From IMG/VR virus record IMGVR_UViG_2778261203_000002: 8,915 bases of DNA; one strand, given 5' to 3'. Position 1 is the stretch's first letter. Each line of letters opens with the position of its first letter. Below, piece by piece: positions 1 to 5,585 of the stretch. This stretch comes from a virus. Lineage: Duplodnaviria; Heunggongvirae; Uroviricota; Caudoviricetes. The position numbers and the translations under genes are program-made. The notes under the pieces are model-generated. The model had not been told where the DNA came from and searched no databases. It was given only the letters and a program-made list of their open reading frames with translations.

Positions 1-575
1 CCATTCGTGGGACAGTATCCCTGACAGCCTACAAAACGCAATTGAAGAACGCGAGGCATCGTCTTAACGAGGCACCGAGGCGTCGCATTCTTCAGATGGT
101 TCAACCCTTAAGTTAGCGCTTATGGGAGAAATCCCCGCAACCTCTGATGTATTATGCATCCTCAACGCAGCCACAGTTAACCTGATTGGCGGGTTTACTT
201 CATCTGTAAATATTTTTATAAAAATAATGCCCACGCACAGCATAAAACAAAAAGTATTACAGATAAAAAAGGAACGTAATGTACAGATTTGTTGTTTTCC
301 ATATTTACTCACCTTAATATGATTAACCCTGATAGGGCTGTTATTTCAGCGGTTTTCAAATGAGATATTATGGTGATCTGACAAATTTGCATAACATTAA
401 AATTTAATTTGTTTAACCGCTTTTAATAATAAGCGTTGTTTGTATCCCAGCAATCTGTTGTTTGGTTTTTATTCCATTAAGGTGGGGGCTTTACACTGGA
501 ACCAGTTTATTTATACTTTATACGTCAGCCTGAACAACTGGCATCTGCTGCACTGCGCCATCGAGAGATTGAGAA

Positions 576-1175
576 ATGGCGCATATACAACTGGTCAAAC
601 AAACTTCTTCTGGTTTACTTCTCCCGGCGACGCCGGAGAGTTGCGATTTTCTGCATCAAATCAAAATAGGTGAGTGGATACACGCAGACTTTAAGCGTGT
701 GCGTAACTACGCATTCCACAAGCGTTTTTTCAAACTCCTGCAACTGGGATTCGATTACTGGACTCCGGTCGGTGGGGCGATCACGCCTCGCGAACGAGAA
801 CTGCTGTCTGGTTTCGTTGATTACCTGTGCGAATCAGTTGGTCGGGAACACACGCCAGCCCTGAGTGATGCCGCAGAGCAATACCTTAACACCGTTGCGA
901 CTCGTAGAACCCGGGATACGGCGTTGCTAAAGTCGTTTGAGGCTTTCCGCGAGTGGGTAACCATTCAGGCCGGATTTTACACCGAGCATATTTATCCGGA
1001 CGGTAGCCGTGGGCGTCGGGCAAAATCCATCGCTTTTGCGAATATGGACGAAGTCGAGTTTCAGCAGGTTTATAAATCTGTACTGAATGTGCTGTGGAAC
1101 TGGATTCTGTTCCGTAAATTCTCCTCTCAGGAGGAAGTTGAAAATGTGGCCGCACAACTACTGGAGTTTGCGTAA
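576..1175 (+). CDS. Conserved lambdoid nin-region protein (DUF1367-like, YdaW-like by position)
   Basis: 199-aa ORF with ATG at 576 and a protein-like composition. Its TAA stop (1173-1175) overlaps the ATG of the next gene (TAATG), indicating translational coupling. It sits immediately upstream of a YbcO-like gene and a Q-like gene, as in nin regions of E. coli prophages. Family name is from memory of this gene neighbourhood, not from an alignment. Confidence 0.65.
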   Translation: MAHIQLVKQTSSGLLLPATPESCDFLHQIKIGEWIHADFKRVRNYAFHKRFFKLLQLGFDYWTPVGGAITPRERELLSGFVDYLCESVGREHTPALSDAAEQYLNTVATRRTRDTALLKSFEAFREWVTIQAGFYTEHIYPDGSRGRRAKSIAFANMDEVEFQQVYKSVLNVLWNWILFRKFSSQEEVENVAAQLLEFA

Positions 1176-1465
1176 TGGTGAATTTACGTAAAGCGGCTAA
1201 AGGCCAGATGTGCCAGATCAGAATCCCTGGCTACTGCAATCACAATCCCGAAACCTCTGTGCTGGCGCATTACAGGCTGGCGGGGACGTGCGGAACAGCG
1301 ACAAAACCACACGATATGCAGGCGGCGATAGCCTGTAGCTCATGCCACGATCTAATCGACGGGCGGGTAAAAACCAGCGATTACACCAAAGAAGAATTGC
1401 GCCTGATGCATGCTGAAGGGGTTTTTCGCACACAAGAAATCTGGAGAAAGAAAGGTCATTTATGA
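1175..1465 (+). CDS. YbcO-like nin-region protein (DUF1364, putative Cys/His metal-binding nuclease)
   Basis: 96-aa ORF whose translation (MVNLRKAAKGQMCQIRIPGYCNHNPETSVLAHYRLAGTCGTATKPHDMQAAIACSSCHDLIDGR...) closely matches my recollection of E. coli DLP12 YbcO, including the conserved Cys/His spacing. Start overlaps the upstream stop (TAATG); its stop overlaps the next start (ATGA at 1462-1465). Confidence 0.75.
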   Translation: MVNLRKAAKGQMCQIRIPGYCNHNPETSVLAHYRLAGTCGTATKPHDMQAAIACSSCHDLIDGRVKTSDYTKEELRLMHAEGVFRTQEIWRKKGHL

Positions 1466-2004
1466 TTTACCCAACGAATACAGGAAAAAGCGGAGAACAC
1501 CTTCGCCTCACCACGCTGGAAAGTGTCTGGATTCAGGGAAAACTACGTATGTGGGGGCGCTGGTCGTATATTGGCGGTGGCAGGTCAGGGAATATGTTCA
1601 ATCAGTTGTTGGCATCCAAAAAACTGACGAAAACAGCCATTAATGAAGCCCTGCGCAGAATGAAAAAAGCGGGAATAGAGAAAGCTGAGCTGGAAGCGTT
1701 TTTGCGAGAGATGATCAACGGCAAGCAAAAGAGCTGGCTGGCGCATTGTACTGATGCAGAGGCGTTATGTATTGATCGAGTCATAAGTGAGGTGCTGGCA
1801 GAGCATCCAGGATTGATTTGCATTCTCCGGCAACGCTATGAAGGGCGGGGGATGACTAAGCGCAAAATGGCTGAATTGCTAAATGATGCACACCCAGAGT
1901 GGTGTTTTAGCACATGCGAAAAACGGATTGCTAATTGGTTAGCTGTTGCTGAGTATGCCCTATATATTCCCATGCGTGAATCATTTGCTGAGAAAATGGC
2001 TTGA
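1462..2004 (+). CDS. Putative late-gene antiterminator (Q-like)
   Basis: 180-aa ORF, translationally coupled to the upstream gene, occupying the canonical Q position: last gene of the nin module, followed within about 80 bp by a strong intrinsic terminator and then the lysis cassette. It contains Cys pairs (C-x7-C, C-x3-C) compatible with a zinc-binding motif. The Q assignment is by position and general features only; I do not recognise it as lambda Q or phage 82 Q. Confidence 0.55.
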   Translation: MIYPTNTGKSGEHLRLTTLESVWIQGKLRMWGRWSYIGGGRSGNMFNQLLASKKLTKTAINEALRRMKKAGIEKAELEAFLREMINGKQKSWLAHCTDAEALCIDRVISEVLAEHPGLICILRQRYEGRGMTKRKMAELLNDAHPEWCFSTCEKRIANWLAVAEYALYIPMRESFAEKMA

Positions 2005-2084
2005 TTTCTTACGTATAAACTGCTTCAATTTTGCTATGCTTCGCAAAGCTGTATCGCGAGGCGGATTGCAGACATGGACATCGT

Positions 2085-2111
2085 AAAAAAACCGCTTAAT
2101 GCGGTTTTTTT
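2085..2111 (+). terminator. Rho-independent terminator (A-run, 5-bp GC stem ACCGC/GCGGT, loop TTAAT, T-run)
   Basis: Sequence AAAAAAACCGCTTAATGCGGTTTTTTT is seen directly. The stem is flanked by an A-tract upstream and a T-tract downstream, so it could terminate in either direction. It lies just downstream of the Q-like gene, making it a candidate for the Q transcript terminator or tR'. Confidence 0.7.
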
Positions 2112-2132
2112 ACGTCAGGAAAGCAGGGGAGA

Positions 2133-2270
2133 ATGCTGCTAGTTGGGCAACTGGTCTTTCTGCTCCAAATTATAACAGAGACCAGTTATAGTTTCGGTGC
2201 TGTGTTTTTTTTACAATATTGTGATAACACATTGCTGGCGGGAGTTTTGATATTTCTTGGCAGGGGCTGA
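2133..2270 (+). CDS. Hypothetical small hydrophobic protein (45 aa), unverified
   Basis: ATG at 2133 preceded by a purine-rich AGGGGAGA; it translates to MLLVGQLVFLLQIITETSYSFGAVFFLQYCDNTLLAGVLIFLGRG, which has one or two hydrophobic stretches. It lies between two intrinsic terminators. The SD-to-start spacing is short and there is no homology support. Confidence 0.25.
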   Translation: MLLVGQLVFLLQIITETSYSFGAVFFLQYCDNTLLAGVLIFLGRG

Positions 2271-2431
2271 TGATGCGTTATCCTGATGTCGTCAACTCAT
2301 ATAAAATGAGATGAGAGATCATTGCAGGGTGGTTTGTAATTCGCTGTTTAGCGGGACAATATGTTGTCTGATACAAGACACCCGACGCCTCAGATTACTA
2401 TAATAAAGACGAAGCATCCTTTGTATTGACC

Positions 2432-2457
2432 AACCGCCTGTTTAGGCGGTTCTTTTT
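2432..2457 (+). terminator. Rho-independent terminator (7-bp stem AACCGCC/GGCGGTT, loop TGTTTA, then CTTTTTG)
   Basis: Perfect 7-bp inverted repeat followed by a T-run, seen directly. It is the second terminator downstream of the Q-like gene and is an alternative candidate for tR'. Confidence 0.65.
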
Positions 2458-2989
2458 GGGCTGGTTTATTGTATGCCAAATGATTATTAAAAAGGTTGTG
2501 TTAATAACAAAATCCGAAATAATATGCCTGCATATTTTTATCTTGCTTATATTCTGCATATTGTGCATAGCAGGCTCATCCCTGCAATCAAAACTGTATG
2601 ATGAGTATTTTTTGTTTTCCTTTTTTCCAGTCATCTGATGATGACCTGCTTCTTTTTAATCCGGATCGACATCAGTTTTTTAAGATAATTCCTGCGAGTT
2701 ATATGCATAAATACCACAAACTCCGCATTTTATGTGGTTGGGAGTTGCCGGGCGCGCAGTGAGTTTGCTAAGAAAACTCCTGCATGGTGAATCCCCCTGT
2801 GCGGTGGGGTGATACCATTAACCTTTTCTGTCGCCGACAGGTATCACGAACATTTTGTTCACCGGGAGGCACCCGGCACCATGCACTTCAATAGATTCTC
2901 TCCACATTATGGATATTCTTTCAGAATATCCCACGCAGACTTTGTGTAAATGTTAACAAATGTGCGTTTTATTTGATCTGATTCGCTGT

Positions 2990-3019
2990 TTGAGCGTCCA
3001 AAACAACGGTATATATAAT
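2990..3019 (+). promoter_or_regulatory. Putative sigma70 promoter for the lipoprotein cassette (TTGAGC, 18-bp spacer, TATAAT)
   Basis: -35-like TTGAGC at 2990-2995 and a consensus -10 TATAAT at 3014-3019, about 30 bp upstream of the ATG at 3049, which is preceded by a GAGGA Shine-Dalgarno. Pattern match only. Confidence 0.45.
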
Positions 3020-3048
3020 CCTTTACTATATGACATATGTGAGGAAAA

Positions 3049-3477
3049 ATGGGTTTTCGTAGCGCATCAATTCTTACGTTGATTATTAGTGGGATTATTA
3101 TCGGGTGCACTGATGCTGTATCGACAAATTATCATGACCGTACATCATATTACTCCGATAAAGCAATAGAGACACAGTATGTGAGTTCATCTGAACGTAC
3201 TTCTGATGTTAGTGAGGATATCCGTCTGTATGCCCATCAAATCAAGAGCGCCATCGAAAAACAGTTCGGGGATGCGAGTAAGTATTCAGGAAAAGAGTGT
3301 ACACTGAGAATGCATATGGCCCCGAATGGCCTTCTACTGGAGGTTAAAAGAGAAAGTGGAGACCTCGATTTATGTCGTGAAGCGATGAATGCGATAAAGA
3401 ATGCTGATATACCTGCCCCCCCTTCGCCGGAAGTATATAAAGTATTTCAAAATGGGGTGCTGGATTTTAAACCCTGA
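3049..3477 (+). CDS. Lipoprotein with C-terminal TolA domain III-like domain
   Basis: 142-aa ORF with a GAGGA RBS. N-terminus MGFRSASILTLIISGIIIGC has a hydrophobic core and a lipobox (IIGC, Cys20 at nt 3106-3108); Thr at +2 predicts outer-membrane sorting. The C-terminal ~85 residues (YAHQIKSAIEKQFGDASKYSGKECTLRMHMAPNGLLLEVKRESGDLDLCREAMNAIKNADIPAPPSPEVYKVFQNGVLDFKP) align along their whole length with my recollection of the E. coli TolA C-terminal domain, including the two Cys residues and the terminal LDFKP. Identity was not computed. Confidence 0.85.
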   Translation: MGFRSASILTLIISGIIIGCTDAVSTNYHDRTSYYSDKAIETQYVSSSERTSDVSEDIRLYAHQIKSAIEKQFGDASKYSGKECTLRMHMAPNGLLLEVKRESGDLDLCREAMNAIKNADIPAPPSPEVYKVFQNGVLDFKP

Positions 3478-3627
3478 TATTTATTGTTTTGTAATAAACG
3501 GTTTCGGCTTAGGTTTGTTCTGACACAGCTACGGCACTGAGCTAAATTTAGCGGATAGTCAGCTCTGAGCCAGTGGCGGACGTAACAACTACTATTGCTG
3601 AGATTTTAATGGATTGAGGAGCAAGAA

Positions 3628-4023
3628 GTGGGATTAAAGAAAATCGTTATGTTGACTTTTTGGGTCGGTTTTGTTGCGGGATGCACACCTTTACACCCTT
3701 CAGATTGCCACAAAACTACTGCTACAGGTAGTTGCAGTTCAGGACGCTGGGATGATCAGGATGAATGGGGGGCGCAAGCGCGGGGAATCAGAGCTGCAAT
3801 TAATGCCAAACTTGATGAGCCGCATAACTGGAAAGGGAAAAAATGCAGGTTGCATATGGAATTCTCTCAGGATGGCACGGCGTTAAAAATATCTACCAGT
3901 AACGGTGATAAAGCCTATTGCGAAGCGATAAAGTCCGCAGCTCATAAAGCCAAATTTCCGGCCTTCAACAATCCGGAAGTCTACAGAGATTTTCAGAAAT
4001 CTGGCTTTGACATGCGAGGTTAG
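3628..4023 (+). CDS. Lipoprotein, divergent paralogue of the upstream TolA-III-like lipoprotein
   Basis: 131-aa ORF starting at GTG 3628, with GAGGAG 6 nt upstream. Signal peptide MGLKKIVMLTFWVGFVAGC has lipobox VAGC (Cys19, nt 3682-3684) and Thr at +2. The C-terminal region (GKKCRLHMEFSQDGTALKISTSNGDKAYCEAIKSAAHKAKFPAFNNPEVYRDFQ) shares the K-x-C-x-L, D/NG, GD-x-x-x-C and PEVY-x-x-FQ pattern with the upstream paralogue and with TolA domain III. Confidence 0.8.
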   Translation: MGLKKIVMLTFWVGFVAGCTPLHPSDCHKTTATGSCSSGRWDDQDEWGAQARGIRAAINAKLDEPHNWKGKKCRLHMEFSQDGTALKISTSNGDKAYCEAIKSAAHKAKFPAFNNPEVYRDFQKSGFDMRG

Positions 4024-4148
4024 CTCTTCAATTACTATATCTCATTCATAGCAAACTGACAGATTTGATGATGTTCTATATACGAAACCTGTGATGTCAA
4101 GTCTGAGCTAATACAAATAAACATAATATCAGAGAAATACATTTTATT

Positions 4149-4172
4149 AGCTCGCTACGGCGAGCTTTTTAT
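4149..4172 (+). terminator. Rho-independent terminator (7-bp stem AGCTCGC/GCGAGCT, loop TACG, T-run)
   Basis: Perfect inverted repeat followed by TTTTTAT, about 125 bp downstream of the second lipoprotein stop and about 100 bp upstream of the holin start. Confidence 0.7.
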
Positions 4173-4274
4173 ATTGCATCGTCTCCAGCATATATATCAA
4201 TTAAGGCTCTGATTGATGTGTCTGAAAGCCTACACATAATAACTATGCCATCCGTTCCGTGCGGAGGTGAGGCT

Positions 4275-4490
4275 ATGAAATCCATGGACAAAATTTCAAC
4301 AGGCATTGCCTACGGCACCTCCGCAGGCAGTGCTGGCTACTGGTTTTTACAGTTGCTCGATAGAGTAACTCCGTCACAGTGGGCTGCAATCGGTGTGCTG
4401 GGTAGTCTGGTATTTGGCCTGCTGACGTACCTGACAAACCTTTATTTCAAGATTAAAGAAGATAAGCGCAAGGCTGCGAGAGGTGAATAA
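4275..4490 (+). CDS. Phage 21-type class II holin/antiholin (pinholin S21 family), dual-start
   Basis: Translation [71 protein letters not shown] matches phage 21 S as I recall it, with the Met1-Lys2-Ser3-Met4 dual-start motif (antiholin from ATG 4275, holin from ATG 4284). A GGAGGTGA RBS lies at 4264-4271. The track ORF from 4218 is an upstream extension with no support. The TAA stop overlaps the endolysin ATG at 4490. Confidence 0.9.
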   Translation: MKSMDKISTGIAYGTSAGSAGYWFLQLLDRVTPSQWAAIGVLGSLVFGLLTYLTNLYFKIKEDKRKAARGE

Positions 4491-4987
4491 TGCCTCCATC
4501 ATTACGAAAAGTCGTTGCTGCTGCTATTGGTGGCGGAGCAATTGCTATAGCATCAGTGTTAATCACTGGCCCAAGTGGTAACGATGGTCTGGAAGGTGTC
4601 AGCTACATACCATACAAAGATATTGTTGGTGTATGGACTGTATGTCACGGGCATACAGGAAAAGACATCATGCTCGGTAAAACGTATACCAAAGCAGAAT
4701 GCAAAACACTCTTGAATAAAGACCTTGCCACGGTCGCCAGACAAATTAACCCGTACATCAAAGTCGATATACCGGAAACAACGCGCGGCGCTCTTTACTC
4801 ATTCGTTTACAACGTGGGTGCTGGCAATTTCAGAACATCGACGCTTCTTCGCAAAATAAACCAGGGCGATATCAAAGGCGCATGTGATCAGCTACGTCGC
4901 TGGACATATGCTGGCGGTAAGCAATGGAAAGGTCTCATGACTCGTCGTGAGATTGAGCGTGAAATCTGTTTGTGGGGTCAGCAATGA
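4490..4987 (+). CDS. SAR endolysin (phage 21 R-type lysozyme, glycoside hydrolase family 24)
   Basis: 165-aa ORF. The N-terminal Gly/Ala-rich weakly hydrophobic segment ([20 protein letters not shown]) is typical of a signal-anchor-release domain, followed by a T4-lysozyme-like catalytic region. Near-identical to R21 from memory. Its stop overlaps the Rz start (ATGA at 4984-4987). Confidence 0.92.
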   Translation: MPPSLRKVVAAAIGGGAIAIASVLITGPSGNDGLEGVSYIPYKDIVGVWTVCHGHTGKDIMLGKTYTKAECKTLLNKDLATVARQINPYIKVDIPETTRGALYSFVYNVGAGNFRTSTLLRKINQGDIKGACDQLRRWTYAGGKQWKGLMTRREIEREICLWGQQ

Positions 4988-5448
4988 ACAGAGTAACCGC
5001 GATTATCTCCGCTCTGGTTATCTGCATCATCGTCTGCCTGTCATGGGCTGTTAATCATTACCGTGATAACGCCATTACCTACAAAGCCCAGCGCGACAAA
5101 AATGCCAGAGAACTGAAGCTGGCGAACGCGGCAATTACTGACATGCAGATGCGTCAGCGTGATGTTGCTGCGCTCGATGCAAAATACACGAAGGAGTTAG
5201 CTGATGCGAAAGCTGAAAATGATGCTCTGCGTGATGATGTTGCCGCTGGTCGTCGTCGGTTGCACATCAAAGCAGTCTGTCAGTCAGTGCGTGAAGCCAC
5301 CACCGCCTCCGGCGTGGATAATGCAGCCTCCTCCCGACTGGCAGACACCGCTGAACGGGATTATTTCACCCTCCGGGAACGACTGGTAATGATGCAGGCC
5401 CAACTTGAAGGTGCTCAGCAATACATAACCGAGCAGTGTTTAAAGTAA
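4984..5448 (+). CDS. Rz inner-membrane spanin (i-spanin)
   Basis: Start taken at ATG 4984 ([55 protein letters not shown]...), which matches lambda-family Rz almost residue for residue from memory: an N-terminal transmembrane helix followed by coiled-coil periplasmic domains. The track ORF from 4972 is an in-frame upstream extension. Confidence 0.9.
   Translation: MNRVTAIISALVICIIVCLSWAVNHYRDNAITYKAQRDKNARELKLANAAITDMQMRQRDVAALDAKYTKELADAKAENDALRDDVAAGRRRLHIKAVCQSVREATTASGVDNAASSRLADTAERDYFTLRERLVMMQAQLEGAQQYITEQCLK
5204..5389 (+). CDS. Rz1 outer-membrane lipoprotein spanin (o-spanin), embedded in the +1 frame of Rz
   Basis: 61-aa ORF wholly inside Rz in another frame. It has a lipobox (VVGC) and a proline-rich mature region ([15 protein letters not shown]), matching lambda Rz1 from memory. 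Confidence 0.85.
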   Translation: MRKLKMMLCVMMLPLVVVGCTSKQSVSQCVKPPPPPAWIMQPPPDWQTPLNGIISPSGNDW

Positions 5449-5585
5449 AATCTTAACTACAATATGATTCATTTTGATGATTGTTTCATAAGGAACAGTG
5501 AAGTAAGATCTAAGAGGAGTTAAATTTTATACAGTATAATCATAGTATTGCAGCAAGGTGGTTATAATTGAAAGAATATTTAGAT

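Noticed and set aside
1-114. Possible 3' end of an upstream gene: open frames run in from the window edge and end at 69 or 114
   Set aside because: Too short to assign a frame or product; two frames are equally open and no recognisable motif is present.
64-312. 82-aa minus-strand ORF with a GTG start
   Set aside because: No convincing RBS, Cys/Phe-rich low-complexity translation, and it lies in an AT-rich leader that is more likely regulatory. The overlapping plus-strand ORF at 122-322 is rejected for the same reasons.
440-673. 77-aa TTG-start ORF overlapping the start of the DUF1367-like gene
   Set aside because: Alternative-frame overlap with a better-supported gene, a TTG start and no RBS.
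670-1823. Track ORFs 670-864(+), 886-1155(-), 927-1157(-), 1218-1433(-), 1410-1643(+), 1602-1823(-)
   Set aside because: All lie inside or antisense to the three nin-module genes, which are supported by translational coupling and family resemblance; they are typical spurious alternative-frame ORFs.
2398-2638. Overlapping ORFs 2398-2634(-) and 2426-2638(+) in the AT-rich spacer
   Set aside because: AT-rich low-complexity translations with no RBS; the plus-strand ORF starts inside the 2432-2457 terminator hairpin.
2907-3110. 67-aa minus-strand ORF
   Set aside because: It overlaps the putative promoter and the signal-peptide coding region of the first lipoprotein, for which the plus-strand reading is far better supported.
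3671-3886. 71-aa alternative-frame ORF inside the second lipoprotein gene
   Set aside because: Internal out-of-frame ORF; the lipoprotein frame has the signal peptide, lipobox and conserved C-terminal motifs.
4218-4274. Upstream extension of the holin ORF ([19 protein letters not shown])
   Set aside because: The GGAGGTGA RBS lies inside this extension and the canonical S21 dual-start MKSM begins at 4275.
4559-4744. 61-aa minus-strand ORF inside the endolysin gene
   Set aside because: Antisense to a confidently identified endolysin; no RBS.
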